A stretch of DNA of 64,000 nucleotides from Dehalococcoidia bacterium (GCA_965219085.1 OZ244720.1:1344001-1408000); one strand, 5' to 3'; positions 8,350 through 18,709 are shown, counted from the first letter of the stretch. The notes: generated from the letters alone by a model not told the origin. Made by a program: numbers and translations.

Positions 8350-10038
8350 ATGACCACGGAGCCGTATACGCCTGACACCGCACGATGGGACGCCTTCGTT
8401 GAGTGGGCGCGGCGCTTCTTCGAGTGGGACGAGTTCGAAGAGGCCGAGCGGAACTACAAGCTGGAACTTGGAACGGCTCTGGCGGAAGCACGGGACACCT
8501 TCATCAGTGAACGTCCTGAATGGCGTGAGTTGCTGCGTCAAGTTGTGGGTTCGCCGAACGTCCCTGTCTTTAGGATCATGATCTTTCGGTTCATCGATCT
8601 CCTGCAGACCGACACCGCAATGGTCGCCGACGCATTGCGTTACCTCTGGTCGACAGGCGACTCGGTAACGCGACGGGAAAGAGTGCGTGGATTCGTCGGG
8701 GGCCTCAGTGGCGCGCCGCAGCCCATCGGGACGGCGGAGAGCCTTGCGGCGTTCCTGCTGTTGGCGCGGGACCCCACCTCCAATCCGTTCTACATGTGGA
8801 GCCCGTTCCGAACTGCGTACCAGATGACCGGTTACCCGCTCGTTAGTGTCCGGGCGCCACCGGCAGACAAGTACGGGCATGCTGTCGACTTCCTCGATGA
8901 GTTTATTCGTCAGGCGGCGAACCGAGACCTCGCGCTCCGCGACCGGCTCGATGCGCAGTCTCTCGTGTGGTGTGTCACGCAGTCGACGCCCGAGGAGTGG
9001 GATCCGCAGACTTTGGTGAAACTTGAAGGATACCGCGAGTCGCGCGGTGATCCCCCGACCAATCCTCCGGACGGACCGGAAACGCCCTGCGGCGATACGA
9101 CGACGGCGCCTGACTGGCCCGGGTTGGCCGCAAGGCTGCTCTGGGAGACCGGCCACCTGGAGGAGATCGTCGCGGACCTGGAAGACAAGCGGCAGATGAT
9201 CTTCTACGGGCCGCCGGGCACCGGGAAGACCTTCGTCGCGAAGGCGATAGCAGAGGAGTATGCGAGGGTGGGCGGCGGCTTCGAGATCGTGCAGTTCCAT
9301 CCCTCGTACTCCTACGAGGACTTCGTCGAGGGCTTCCGGCCCACCCTCGAAGGCGGACGAGCGGGCTTCGCGCTCAGGCAGGGCCCGCTGAAGCGGATTG
9401 CGGCCGCCGCGGCAGCGAATCCTGACGCGACCTATGTGCTCGTGATCGACGAACTCAACCGGGGCAACGTCGCCAAGGTGTTCGGCGAGCTGTACTTCCT
9501 GCTTGAGTACCGCCGAGAGGATATCCAGCTCCAGTACAGCGAGGGCGAGCGATTCCGGCTGCCTGAGAATCTGCTCTTCATCTGCACGATGAACACCGCC
9601 GACCGGTCGATCGCGCTTGTGGACGCTGCGCTCCGGCGGCGCTTCTGGTTCCACGGCTTCTTCCCCGACGAGGCACCGATCGAGGGGCTGCTTCGGCGCT
9701 GGCTCACGGACAACCAGCCTGGCGCAGAGTGGGTCGCCGACCTCGTCGACCGCGCCAACGAGCACCTCAACGATCGCGATGCGGCGATCGGCCCCAGCTA
9801 CTTCATGGACGACAAGGCCGAACTGAATGACGCGCGTGTAAGCCGCATTTGGCACCGCGCCGTCTGGCCATACATCGAGGAACAGTGCTACGGCGAGGAC
9901 GAGAAACTCGCGTCGCTGAGATACGAGAGCCTGCTCACCGAAGTCAACAGCGGTGCCCCAGCGCCTGCCGACGCTCCAACCGACGCCGAGCGCGAATCCG
10001 GCGGGGAAGCGGACGCGGATGCCGACGACCCGTCTTGA
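8350..10038 (+). CDS. mcrB: McrB-family AAA+ GTPase (type IV restriction)
   Basis: GPPGTGKT, QFHPSYSYEDFVEG, IDELNRG, MNTADRS, ALRRRF. Confidence 0.9.
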   Translation: MTTEPYTPDTARWDAFVEWARRFFEWDEFEEAERNYKLELGTALAEARDTFISERPEWRELLRQVVGSPNVPVFRIMIFRFIDLLQTDTAMVADALRYLWSTGDSVTRRERVRGFVGGLSGAPQPIGTAESLAAFLLLARDPTSNPFYMWSPFRTAYQMTGYPLVSVRAPPADKYGHAVDFLDEFIRQAANRDLALRDRLDAQSLVWCVTQSTPEEWDPQTLVKLEGYRESRGDPPTNPPDGPETPCGDTTTAPDWPGLAARLLWETGHLEEIVADLEDKRQMIFYGPPGTGKTFVAKAIAEEYARVGGGFEIVQFHPSYSYEDFVEGFRPTLEGGRAGFALRQGPLKRIAAAAAANPDATYVLVIDELNRGNVAKVFGELYFLLEYRREDIQLQYSEGERFRLPENLLFICTMNTADRSIALVDAALRRRFWFHGFFPDEAPIEGLLRRWLTDNQPGAEWVADLVDRANEHLNDRDAAIGPSYFMDDKAELNDARVSRIWHRAVWPYIEEQCYGEDEKLASLRYESLLTEVNSGAPAPADAPTDAERESGGEADADADDPS

Positions 10039-11251
10039 ACTCCAGGAATGGAGGGAGCGTAGCGTCGAACTTTCGCTCGACGCAGCGCAGCTCGACGCCC
10101 TGCGGGCGGCGCGCATCGATGTGACGCCACACGGCGGCAACTGCTACGCGCTGCGGCCTTCCTCGCACATTGGCATCGTGACGGCTGGCGATCTCGCGGT
10201 CGTGGTACGTCCCAAGATCCCGATCGAGAGCGTGATGTTCGTCCTCGCGTACGCGCTCGGGATCTGGGACTGGCGTCAGGAAGACACCACCCTCGCTGTC
10301 GACACGGACGTCCTCGAAGCGATCCTGCCGGCGTTCGCTCATCACACCGAGCGGGCTATCCGCCGGGGACTGCGACAGGACTACCGCGTCGAGGAGGAGG
10401 CGCTCCACGCCGTGCGCGGCCGCATCGCCTTCGCCGAGCAGATTCGTCGGCGTCCCGGTATCCCGCTGCCAGTCGAGGTCCGCTACGATGACTTCACCGA
10501 GGACATCGAGGAGAACCGGCTGCTGCACACTGCCATCCACCTCCTGGGCCGCATCCCCATTCGCTCTCCCAGGTGGAGACAGGAGTTGCGGGGACTGCGC
10601 CCCAGATTCGCCACGGTCAGCGTGGGCTCGTACCGTCGAGGTGGAGTACCGGAGGTCCGGTACCACCGTCTCAATGAGCACTACCGCCCCGCGGTCGAAC
10701 TGGCACGTCTCATCATCGATTCATCGAGCTTCGAACTGCGTCACGGTGAGGTGACTGCGTCGTCGTTCTTGATCGACATGAACGACGTGTTCGAGCGGTT
10801 CCTGCGTTCGGCCCTCCGGGACACCCTTGGCCTGCCAGCGGGGGCGTGGCCTGACCTTGAGAGCCACAGGCGACTCACGCTCGACGAGGGTGGACGCATC
10901 GGGTTGATCCCGGACCTGATGTGGCGGCACCCCGTCGAGGGGACGCCGACATTCGTCGGGGATGCGAAGTACAAGCGGATCGAGCCAGACGGGTTCAAGC
11001 ATGGCGACGTCTACCAGATGCTTGCCTACTGCATCGCATCCGACCTGCCATCGGGCCTGCTTGTGTATGCCGCTGAGGAGCACGAGCCCCACCGGTACGT
11101 AATGAAGCACGTCGGCAAGACTATTGAAGTCGCGGCACTCGACCTGAGCGGTGATCCGGAGGCGATGCTGGAAGAGGTAGAGCGGATCGCGCGCATTGTT
11201 CATGAACACCGCGCTCTCGGGGCCGAGTCCATACGCGCGCTGTCCGCGTAA
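10019..11251 (+). CDS. mcrC: McrC-family PD-(D/E)xK nuclease subunit
   Basis: DMNDVFERF, PDL...DAKYK, DVYQMLAY; overlaps the end of mcrB. Confidence 0.9.
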   Translation: MPTTRLELQEWRERSVELSLDAAQLDALRAARIDVTPHGGNCYALRPSSHIGIVTAGDLAVVVRPKIPIESVMFVLAYALGIWDWRQEDTTLAVDTDVLEAILPAFAHHTERAIRRGLRQDYRVEEEALHAVRGRIAFAEQIRRRPGIPLPVEVRYDDFTEDIEENRLLHTAIHLLGRIPIRSPRWRQELRGLRPRFATVSVGSYRRGGVPEVRYHRLNEHYRPAVELARLIIDSSSFELRHGEVTASSFLIDMNDVFERFLRSALRDTLGLPAGAWPDLESHRRLTLDEGGRIGLIPDLMWRHPVEGTPTFVGDAKYKRIEPDGFKHGDVYQMLAYCIASDLPSGLLVYAAEEHEPHRYVMKHVGKTIEVAALDLSGDPEAMLEEVERIARIVHEHRALGAESIRALSA

Positions 11252-11331
11252 CATGCCGCATCACGCCCTCTCGCCCCCCTGTGCGATAATGCGCCAGCGC
11301 GCGGCCCGACGTCGCGCGGCGAGGAGCCGCC

Positions 11332-12048
11332 ATGAACTGGCTCGGCGCCATTCGCAGTGACATCGACGCCGCGCAGGCGAGGGATCCCGCCGCGCACGGC
11401 GCCCTCGAGGTGTTCCTGACGTACCCCGGCCTCCACGCGCTGATGATTCACCGCCTCACCCACCAACTGCACCTCTTCGGCATGCCCATCCTGCCGCGCC
11501 TGCTCTCGCACCTGAACCGCTTCATCACCGGCATCGAGATCCACCCCGCCGCGCGCATCGGGCGGCGCTGCTTCATCGACCACGGCATGGGCGTCGTGGT
11601 CGGCGAGACGACCGTCGTCGGCGAGGACTGCCACCTCTACCAGGGCGTCACCCTCGGCGGCACCTCGACGCGGCGTGAGAAGCGCCACCCCACGCTCGAG
11701 GACCGCGTGGTCGTCGGCGCGGGGGCGAAGATCATCGGCAACGTCACCATCGGCCACGACTCTCGCATCGGCGCCGGCGCCGTCGTCGTGTCGAGCGTAC
11801 CGCCGAATGCGACCGTCGTCGGCGTGCCCGGCCACGTCGTCGCCTTCACCAACACCAGCAACGACACCGTCGAGCGGCTCCCGGACCCCGAGTGGGACCG
11901 CATCGAGGAGCTCGAACGTCGCGTCGCGCGACTCGAACGCGAGCGGGCGGCGGGCGACCCGGCGGTCTCGGGCGTCGACGTGCCCCGGGGCGGCGTCGGC
12001 GGCTCGCCCGGCGGGTTCGACGGCGGAGCGTCCGAGCGGCCGTCCTGA
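11332..12048 (+). CDS. cysE: Serine O-acetyltransferase
   Basis: [28 protein letters not shown] hexapeptide repeats. Confidence 0.95.
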   Translation: MNWLGAIRSDIDAAQARDPAAHGALEVFLTYPGLHALMIHRLTHQLHLFGMPILPRLLSHLNRFITGIEIHPAARIGRRCFIDHGMGVVVGETTVVGEDCHLYQGVTLGGTSTRREKRHPTLEDRVVVGAGAKIIGNVTIGHDSRIGAGAVVVSSVPPNATVVGVPGHVVAFTNTSNDTVERLPDPEWDRIEELERRVARLERERAAGDPAVSGVDVPRGGVGGSPGGFDGGASERPS

Positions 12049-12072
12049 GCCGCGGCGTGGCCGGAACGCCGC

Positions 12073-12187
12073 GCTGACGCCCGGTATGCGGGGATACCCC
12101 GCTGACGCCCGGTATGCGGGGATACCCCGCTGACGCCCGGTATGCGGGGATACCCCGCTGTATTTCCGGGGATGCGGGGATGCCCCG
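12073..12187. repeat. Tandem 28-bp repeat (3 perfect copies plus 1 degenerate) containing a GCGGGG-ATA-CCCCGC palindrome
   Basis: Unit GCTGACGCCCGGTATGCGGGGATACCCC at 12073, 12101 and 12129; degenerate copy from 12157. Confidence 0.95.
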
Positions 12188-12207
12188 TGGGGGGCACACT
12201 GGATCCC

Positions 12208-13677
12208 ATGCGACTGACGAACACGCTGACCGGAGCGGTCGACGCCCTCGCGCCCCTCGAGCCCGGGCGGCTCGGCATCTACATCTGCGGCGTCACACCG
12301 TACGCCGAGAGCCACGTCGGCCACGCGATGGCGGCGATCGTCTACGACGTGCTCGTGCGCTACCTGCGCTGGCCCGGCAGCGCCGCCGGCGGCTACGACG
12401 TGACGTTCGTGTCGAACTACACCGACATCGACGACAACGTGATCGCGCGCGCCGCCGAGGTGGGCCGCGACCCGCTCGAGCTCGTCGCCGAGAACATCGA
12501 CGAGTGGGAGGAGCAGCAGCGCGCGCTCAACCTCGTGTTCCCCGACGTGCGGCCGCGCGTGACGGGGCACATCGAGACCATCGTCGCGGCGACCGAGGCG
12601 ATCCTCGAGCGCGGCTACGCCTACGCCACCGAGGCCGGCGACGTCTACTTCCGGGTGCGCGCGAAGGACGACTACGGCAAGCTCTCGCACCGCGACATCG
12701 ACCAGCTGCGGTCGGGCACGCGCTTCGAGCCCGGCGAAGGCAAGGAGTTCCCGCTCGACTTCGCGCTGTGGAAGGCAACGAAGCCGGGCGAGCCCGCGTG
12801 GCCCTCGCCGTGGGGGCCGGGGCGCCCCGGCTGGCACATCGAGTGCTCGGCGATGTCGCAGCACTACCTCGGCGAGGCATTCGACATCCACGGCGGCGGG
12901 GTCGACCTCGTGTTCCCGCACCACGAGAACGAGATCGCGCAGGCCGAGGCGGCCACCGGCGCGTTCGCGCAGCACTGGCTGCACAACGGCCTCGTGCAGC
13001 GCGACGGCGAGAAGATGTCGAAGTCGATCGGCAACGTCGTGACGGTGCATGACGCGCTCGAACGCTGGCGGCCGGACGCGCTACGCCTGTTCGTCCTGAG
13101 CAGCCACTACCGAAGCCCGGCGAACCTCACCGACGAGGCCCTCGCAGCCGCCGAGTCCGGCCTCGATCGCCTGCTCGCGGCCTTGCGGGGTATCCCCGCA
13201 TCCCCAGGAGCACAGCGCGAGGCACCGGCGGGTAGCGGTGCGGCAGTCGACCCGTCCGCGGAGCGCGCGCGCTTCGTCGAGGCGCTCGAGGACGACCTCG
13301 GCACCCCACAGGCGCTCGCCGCGGTCTTCGACCTCGCACGCGCGATCAACCGCGGCCGCGACGCGGGCCACGACGTGCGAGCCGCACAGGCGACGCTCGC
13401 CGAGCTGACGCGCGATGTGCTCGGGCTACGCCTCGAGGAGCCCGATGCGATTGAGGTGCTCGACGTGGTGGCGCTGTCGAAGCTGGCGTCGAAGCACGAC
13501 GTGTCGTGCGGCGGCAGCGACGCCGAGTCGACGATCGAGGCGCTGCTGGCCGCCCGCACCGACGCGCGCGCCGAGCGCGACTTCGCGCGCGCCGACGCGA
13601 TCCGCTCGGACCTCGCAGAGGCGGGGGTGGAGGTGGCGGATACGCCGGAGGGGCCGCGCTGGAGCGCGGGGCGGTAG
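12208..13677 (+). CDS. cysS: Cysteine--tRNA ligase
   Basis: CGVTPY, HVGH, GRPGWHIECSAM, DIHGGG, KMSKS. Confidence 0.97.
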   Translation: MRLTNTLTGAVDALAPLEPGRLGIYICGVTPYAESHVGHAMAAIVYDVLVRYLRWPGSAAGGYDVTFVSNYTDIDDNVIARAAEVGRDPLELVAENIDEWEEQQRALNLVFPDVRPRVTGHIETIVAATEAILERGYAYATEAGDVYFRVRAKDDYGKLSHRDIDQLRSGTRFEPGEGKEFPLDFALWKATKPGEPAWPSPWGPGRPGWHIECSAMSQHYLGEAFDIHGGGVDLVFPHHENEIAQAEAATGAFAQHWLHNGLVQRDGEKMSKSIGNVVTVHDALERWRPDALRLFVLSSHYRSPANLTDEALAAAESGLDRLLAALRGIPASPGAQREAPAGSGAAVDPSAERARFVEALEDDLGTPQALAAVFDLARAINRGRDAGHDVRAAQATLAELTRDVLGLRLEEPDAIEVLDVVALSKLASKHDVSCGGSDAESTIEALLAARTDARAERDFARADAIRSDLAEAGVEVADTPEGPRWSAGR

Positions 13678-13686
13678 CGGAGCCGC

Positions 13687-13845
13687 TCAGCCAGTCGCGT
13701 CACCGCGAGGTTCCGCGCAGCGTGACGCCTGGATGCGTCGGGCGGTCGTTTCGAACAGTGGCTCGAGGCGCTCGTACTCCTGACGTACGTCGGGGTACTC
13801 CTCCAGGAGCTGTTCGCGGACGATGTCATGCTCGTTGTTGGTCAT
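13687..13845 (-). pseudogene. Truncated HigA-like antitoxin N-terminus (52 aa, HTH missing)
   Basis: GAGGTG RBS then MTNNEHDIVREQLLEEYPDVRQEYERLEPLFETTARRIQA; resembles the pre-HTH helix of HigA/XRE antitoxins. Confidence 0.5.
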
Positions 13846-13886
13846 CTCACCTCACCCATACGCAGGGGGGACAAACGCCCATCGCG

Positions 13887-13901
13887 GATATACAATATAT
13901 C
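13887..13901. promoter_or_regulatory. mazEF operator/promoter palindrome
   Basis: GATATA-CAA-TATATC containing a TACAAT -10 element, just upstream of a GAGGAGG RBS. Confidence 0.7.
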
Positions 13902-13916
13902 TACGAGGAGGGTGCC

Positions 13917-14156
13917 ATGGGTGCAATGTCGCACGTATCACGATGGGGCTCGAGCCTCGCCGTCCGGATTCCCAAGGCCCTGGCGGAGCAGTGGGGCGTC
14001 GAAGAGGGCTCGGCGATCGAACTCTTCGCCGAAGGCGAGGACATCGTACTGCGGAAGCGCAGCTATGACCTCGCCGACCTCGTGGCGGACATGAGCCCGG
14101 CGAACACCCATCCCGAAGTGGACTGGGGTGCGCCGCAGGGTGACGAGGTGTGGTAG
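13917..14156 (+). CDS. mazE: MazE/AbrB-fold antitoxin
   Basis: RWGSSLAVRIPK and EVDWGAPQGDEVW. Confidence 0.92.
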   Translation: MGAMSHVSRWGSSLAVRIPKALAEQWGVEEGSAIELFAEGEDIVLRKRSYDLADLVADMSPANTHPEVDWGAPQGDEVW

Positions 14157-14491
14157 ACGAGCCGTACCTGCCCGACCGCGGTGACTTCGTCTGGCTCGAG
14201 TTCTCTCCCCAGGCCGGTCACGAGCAGGCGGGCCGTCGGCCCGCCCTCGTGGTGAGTCCACGCCAGTACAACGAGCGTTCCAGCGTCGCACTGCTCTGCC
14301 CCGTCACTTCGAGGGTGAGAGGGTACGCATTCGAAGTCCAGCTTCCTGGCGATGACCCGGTCAGCGGCGTCGTACTTGCCGACCAGGTCCGCAGCCTCGA
14401 CTGGCGGGCAAGACATGCGCGCTTCGTCGGTCGAGCGCCCCGACCGGTCGTCGCCGAAGTGCTGGCGAAGGTTCGGGCGTTGCTCGGCTGA
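14150..14491 (+). CDS. mazF: MazF/PemK endoribonuclease toxin
   Basis: YLPDRGD, PQAGHEQAGRRPALVVS, DQVRSLDWRAR. Confidence 0.95.
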   Translation: MVDEPYLPDRGDFVWLEFSPQAGHEQAGRRPALVVSPRQYNERSSVALLCPVTSRVRGYAFEVQLPGDDPVSGVVLADQVRSLDWRARHARFVGRAPRPVVAEVLAKVRALLG

Positions 14492-14501
14492 TTGCCTCGC
14501 G

Positions 14502-14531
14502 TTGACCCTCTTCGAACGCCGTTTCTATACT
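14502..14531 (+). promoter_or_regulatory. Sigma70-type promoter of the tRNA-tuf operon
   Basis: TTGACC-N18-TATACT. Confidence 0.65.
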
Positions 14532-14598
14532 GGAGGGCACTCGTCTTCCAGGTTGGCTGGGAGACGATGCACTCTGGTGAGCGTCGGCCTTCCATCGA

Positions 14599-14674
14599 GC
14601 CCGAGTGGCGCAATGGCAGCGCAACCGATTTGTAATCGGTAGGTTAGCGGGTTCGAATCCCCTCTCGGGCTCCA
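14599..14674 (+). tRNA. tRNA-Thr(TGT)
   Basis: Acceptor GCCCGAG/CTCGGGC; anticodon arm ACCGA-TTTGTAA-TCGGT; TTCGAAT loop; CCA end. Confidence 0.93.
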
Positions 14675-14725
14675 CCGCGCCGCGGCGGCCCTGGGCGTGG
14701 ACGGTCGGCGCAACCGCGGCTCCGC

Positions 14726-14811
14726 GCAGGGGTGGGAGAGTGGTTAAATCCAGCGGTCTGTAAAACCGCCGCCTTACGGCTACGCAGGTTCAAATCCTGC
14801 CCCCTGCACCA
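14726..14811 (+). tRNA. tRNA-Tyr(GTA)
   Basis: Acceptor GCAGGGG/CCCCTGC; GCGGT-CTGTAAA-ACCGC; long variable arm; CCA end. Confidence 0.95.
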
Positions 14812-14891
14812 GCCGGACCGAGGCCGCGGCGCACGCGAAGCGGAGATGGCGCTCGGCGAGAGCCTCACGGGGCTTCGGGTTGCGGAATCCA

Positions 14892-14967
14892 GCCCTCATA
14901 GCTCAGTCGGTAGAGCGCGTTCTTGGTAAGAACGAGGTCAGCGGTTCGAATCCGCTTGAGGGCTCCA
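14892..14967 (+). tRNA. tRNA-Thr(GGT)
   Basis: Acceptor GCCCTCA/TGAGGGC; CGTTC-TTGGTAA-GAACG; CCA end. Confidence 0.95.
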
Positions 14968-15059
14968 GCAAGGCACCCAACACGCGGCCCCCACTGGTGG
15001 CCGGCTAGTACACCCAGGCAGAGTCACCCACGGGGTTCGGGGAGAGACGGGAGCGGGAC

Positions 15060-16259
15060 ATGGCGCGAGGGAAGTTCGAGCGGACGAAGCCGCACGCCAA
15101 CGTCGGGACGATTGGTCACGTCGACCACGGCAAGACGACGCTCACGGCGGCGATGACGAAGGTGCTGGCGCTGCGCGGCGAAGCCGAGTTCCGGGAGTTC
15201 GACTCGATCGACAACGCCCCGGAAGAGAAGGCGCGCGGGATCACGATCGCGATCGCCCACGTCGAGTACGAGACCGACGCCCGTCACTACGCACACGTCG
15301 ACTGCCCCGGGCACGCCGACTACATCAAGAACATGATCACCGGCGCCGCGCAGATGGACGGCGCGATCCTCGTCGTCGCGGCGCCCGACGGCCCGATGCC
15401 GCAGACGCGCGAGCACCTGCTGCTGGCGCGCCAGGTCGAGGTCCCGGCGGTCGTGGTCTTCCTCAACAAGGTCGACATGATGGACGACGAGGAGCTCTTG
15501 GAGCTCGTCGAGCTGGAGATGCAGGACCTGCTCACCACCTACGAGTTCCCCGGCGACGACGTGCCGATCATCCGCGGCTCGGCGCTACAGGCGCTCGAGT
15601 CGACCTCGGAGGACCCCGACGCGCCGGAGTACGAGTGCATCTGGCAGCTCATGGAGGCGGTCGACAACTACATCCCGCAGCCGGCGCGCCCGAAGGACGA
15701 GCCGTTCCTGATGCCGATCGAAGATGTGTTCGGCATCAAGGGCCGCGGCACGGTCGTGACCGGGCGCATCGAGCGCGGCGTGGTGGCCGTGGGCGACTCG
15801 GTGGAGATCGTGGGCATCAAGGAGACCGAGACGACGGTCGTGACCGGCGTCGAGATGTTCAAGAAGCTGCTCGACACAGGTGAGGCCGGCGACAACGTCG
15901 GCTGCCTGCTGCGCGGCGTGGACCGCGAGGACGTCGAGCGTGGTCAGGTGCTGGCGCAGCCGGGCTCGATTACCCCGCACCGCAAGTTCAGTGGCGAGGT
16001 GTACGTGCTCTCCAAGGAGGAGGGTGGGCGGCACACGCCGTTCTTCACCGGCTACCGGCCGCAGTTCTACGTGCGCACGACCGACGTGACGGGCGTGGTG
16101 ACGCTGCCGAGCGGCACCGAGATGGTGATGCCCGGCGACAACGTGACGGTGGACATCGAGCTGATCACGCCGATTGCGATCGAGGATGGGCTGCGCTTCG
16201 CGATTCGCGAGGGCGGCCGCACCGTCGGCGCAGGCGTCGTCACCGGTATCAACGAGTAG
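15060..16259 (+). CDS. tuf: Elongation factor Tu
   Basis: [34 protein letters not shown]. Confidence 0.99.
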   Translation: MARGKFERTKPHANVGTIGHVDHGKTTLTAAMTKVLALRGEAEFREFDSIDNAPEEKARGITIAIAHVEYETDARHYAHVDCPGHADYIKNMITGAAQMDGAILVVAAPDGPMPQTREHLLLARQVEVPAVVVFLNKVDMMDDEELLELVELEMQDLLTTYEFPGDDVPIIRGSALQALESTSEDPDAPEYECIWQLMEAVDNYIPQPARPKDEPFLMPIEDVFGIKGRGTVVTGRIERGVVAVGDSVEIVGIKETETTVVTGVEMFKKLLDTGEAGDNVGCLLRGVDREDVERGQVLAQPGSITPHRKFSGEVYVLSKEEGGRHTPFFTGYRPQFYVRTTDVTGVVTLPSGTEMVMPGDNVTVDIELITPIAIEDGLRFAIREGGRTVGAGVVTGINE

Positions 16260-16281
16260 CAGCGCACGGGGGTCGTGAGCC

Positions 16282-16443
16282 ATGGCCAAGGGGGACCGGG
16301 AACACATCTCGCTGGCGTGCGGGACGTGCCGGAGCCGCAACTACCACACCAAGAAGAACCGGCGAAACGACCCGGACCGCATCGAGCTGCGCAAGTACTG
16401 CCCTCGCTGCCGGTCGCACCAGCTGCACCGCCAGACGCGGTAA
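16282..16443 (+). CDS. rpmG: 50S ribosomal protein L33 (zinc-binding type)
   Basis: [43 protein letters not shown]; absent from the ORF track because it is short. Confidence 0.95.
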   Translation: MAKGDREHISLACGTCRSRNYHTKKNRRNDPDRIELRKYCPRCRSHQLHRQTR

Positions 16444-16470
16444 CCTGCGCGGGCGGTAGGGAGCACGACA

Positions 16471-16791
16471 ATGGGTCGAGCGCTGCGCAGACAGCAGGAG
16501 CGCGCCCAACGGCGGCAGCAGCGCCAGCAGCAGCGTCCGTCGCGCGGCGGGCGACCGCCGGTCAGCGTCTCAGGCCCCGCCACGGCCGAAGGCCGCGGCG
16601 GCGGGCGGCGCTGGGTGCCGCGCTGGATCTCGGACATCGTCAGCGAGCTGCGCAAGGTCACGTGGCCAACCCGCCACGAGGTCGGCTACCTCACGCTGGT
16701 GGTGATAATCGTCTCGATCTTCTTCGGCGCCATCCTTGGCGTCGCCGACCTGGGCTTCAACTGGATCATCGAGAGCACGGTGCTGCGCTAG
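16471..16791 (+). CDS. secE: Preprotein translocase subunit SecE
   Basis: ELRKVTWPT plus one TM helix; conserved gene order. Confidence 0.93.
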   Translation: MGRALRRQQERAQRRQQRQQQRPSRGGRPPVSVSGPATAEGRGGGRRWVPRWISDIVSELRKVTWPTRHEVGYLTLVVIIVSIFFGAILGVADLGFNWIIESTVLR

Positions 16792-16867
16792 GAGACGCGC
16801 AGGCCAAACGGGAATGGCGCGGAGCGCTCATCGGCCATACCGGGCCGGGGCGCGCGCAGGGGGCCTC

Positions 16868-17542
16868 ATGACGACTGAGCAGGGACGGAACCGCGACGGG
16901 ACTATCGGCGGCGTCCTCACGCCTGCCGCGCACCCGCCGCCGCCCAACCCCTACACCGCGAGCCTCGCCGAGGCGGCGGACGAACCAGAGGTCGTCGCGG
17001 CGGACGACGACCGCGCCTGGTACATCATCCAGACGTACTCCGGCTATGAGAACAAGGTGAAGAAGAACCTCGACCAGCGCGTCAAGCAGATAGACCTGGG
17101 CGACCGCATCTTCCAGGTCGTGATCCCGACCGAGGAAGAGATCGAGATCCGCGACGGCCAGCGCCGCACGGTCTCCAAGAAGCTCTTCCCCGGCTACGTG
17201 CTCATCCAGATGCTGATGGAGGACGAGGCCTGGAGCCTGGTCCGCAACACTCCCGGGGTCACCGGCTTCGCCGGCGGCAACGAGGAGGAGGGCTCGCGCC
17301 CCGTACCCCTGGACGACGAGGAGGCGGGGCGGATCCTGCGCCAGATGGACGCGGGCACCCCGCGCATCAACGTCGGCTTCTCGGTCGGCGAGTCGGTGCG
17401 GGTCATCGACGGGCCGTTCATCGACTTCGTGGGGCAGGTGGACGACATCAACCTGGACAAGGGCAAGGTACGCGTGTTGGTCTCGATGTTCGGCCGCGAG
17501 ACGCCGGTCGAGCTCGACTTCCTGCAGGTCGAGAAGCAGTAG
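16868..17542 (+). CDS. nusG: Transcription termination/antitermination factor NusG
   Basis: [23 protein letters not shown] motif, FGRETPVEL; start codon uncertain. Confidence 0.96.
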   Translation: MTTEQGRNRDGTIGGVLTPAAHPPPPNPYTASLAEAADEPEVVAADDDRAWYIIQTYSGYENKVKKNLDQRVKQIDLGDRIFQVVIPTEEEIEIRDGQRRTVSKKLFPGYVLIQMLMEDEAWSLVRNTPGVTGFAGGNEEEGSRPVPLDDEEAGRILRQMDAGTPRINVGFSVGESVRVIDGPFIDFVGQVDDINLDKGKVRVLVSMFGRETPVELDFLQVEKQ

Positions 17543-17567
17543 GACCCGAAGCGGGGAGGCACAAGCG

Positions 17568-17990
17568 ATGGCGAAGCGCGTTCGCGCGGTGGTGAAGCTG
17601 CAAATCCCGGCCGGGCGGGCGAACCCCGCGCCGCCTGTGGGTACGGCGCTGGGCCCCCACGGCATCAACATCATGGACTTCTGCAAGACGTACAACGCCC
17701 GCACGCAGGCGCAGTCCGGCCAGATCATCCCGGCCATCATCACGATCTTCGAGGACCGCTCGTTCACCTTCGAGCTGCGCACGCCGCCCGCCTCGGACCT
17801 GCTGCGCAAGGCGGCAGGCGTCGACAAGGGCGCTGAGAGCCAGCTCACCGAGGTCGTGGGCGAGGTCACCGCCGCGCAGGTGCGCGAGATCGCGGAGACC
17901 AAGCTGCCGGACCTCAACACCGACGACATCGACCAGGCTATGAAGATCATCGAGGGCACCGCGCGCTCGATGGGAATCGAGGTCAACTAG
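17568..17990 (+). CDS. rplK: 50S ribosomal protein L11
   Basis: [19 protein letters not shown]. Confidence 0.98.
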   Translation: MAKRVRAVVKLQIPAGRANPAPPVGTALGPHGINIMDFCKTYNARTQAQSGQIIPAIITIFEDRSFTFELRTPPASDLLRKAAGVDKGAESQLTEVVGEVTAAQVREIAETKLPDLNTDDIDQAMKIIEGTARSMGIEVN

Positions 17991-17992
17991 CG

Positions 17993-18709
17993 ATGCCGAA
18001 GCGAGGCAAGCGCTACCGAGCCGCCAACGACCAGATCGACGCCGACCGCCTCTACGAACCCAACGAGGCGCTGGGCGTCGTGCGGAAGAGCGCGCCCGCG
18101 AAGTTCGACGAGACCGTGGAGCTGCACCTCCGGACAGGCCTCGACGGCCGCCACGCGGAGCAGCAGATCCGCGGCTCCGTGACCCTCCCGCACGGCCTCG
18201 GCCGTGAGCAGAAGGTGATCGTCTTCGCCGAGGGCGAGGCGGTCTCCCAGGCCCTGGAGGCGGGCGCCGACGAGGCTGGCGCCGACGAGCTGATCGCGCG
18301 CGTCGCCGACGGCTGGACGGATTTCGATGTCGCCATCGCGCAGCGCGAGCTGATGGGGAAGGTCGGCCGGCTGGGCCGCATCCTCGGTCCGCGCGGGCTG
18401 ATGCCGAACCCGCGCAACAACACCGTGATGGACGCGGCCAACATCCCGCGCGCGGTGCAAGAGGGCAAGTCCGGTCGCGTCGAGTTCCGGCTGGACCGCA
18501 CGAACCTGGTGCACATGGCGCTGGGCAAGGTGTCGTTCAGCGACGAGCAGCTGTCGGAAAACCTCGTCGCGATCATGGCCGAGATCGTGAAGGCGCGCCC
18601 GTCCGACATCAAAGGCCAGTACATCCGCGCCGCCACCCTGACCTCCACGATGGGGCCCGGCGTGCATGTGGACGTCCAGCCGCTGCTGGCGCTCGCCGCG
18701 GAGACATAG
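17993..18709 (+). CDS. rplA: 50S ribosomal protein L1
   Basis: KFDETVE, LGPRGLMPNP, TMGPG. Confidence 0.98.
   Translation: MPKRGKRYRAANDQIDADRLYEPNEALGVVRKSAPAKFDETVELHLRTGLDGRHAEQQIRGSVTLPHGLGREQKVIVFAEGEAVSQALEAGADEAGADELIARVADGWTDFDVAIAQRELMGKVGRLGRILGPRGLMPNPRNNTVMDAANIPRAVQEGKSGRVEFRLDRTNLVHMALGKVSFSDEQLSENLVAIMAEIVKARPSDIKGQYIRAATLTSTMGPGVHVDVQPLLALAAET

Noticed and set aside
11252-11331. T-box riboswitch before cysE-cysS
   Set aside because: The region is too short and has no T-box consensus.
12073-12187. CRISPR array (28-bp unit with GCGGGGAT resembling type I-E repeats)
   Set aside because: Units are directly adjacent with no unique spacers, and there are no cas genes in the window.
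14513-14525. LexA-like box in the tRNA promoter (CGAAC-GCCG-TTTC)
   Set aside because: Mismatch in the conserved GTTC half and an implausible target; probably chance.
14812-14891. tRNA-Gly expected between Tyr and Thr
   Set aside because: No cloverleaf, T-loop or CCA end is visible.
13917-14967. tRNA-anchored genomic island or prophage
   Set aside because: No duplicated tRNA 3' end was noticed, and there are no integrase or phage genes.
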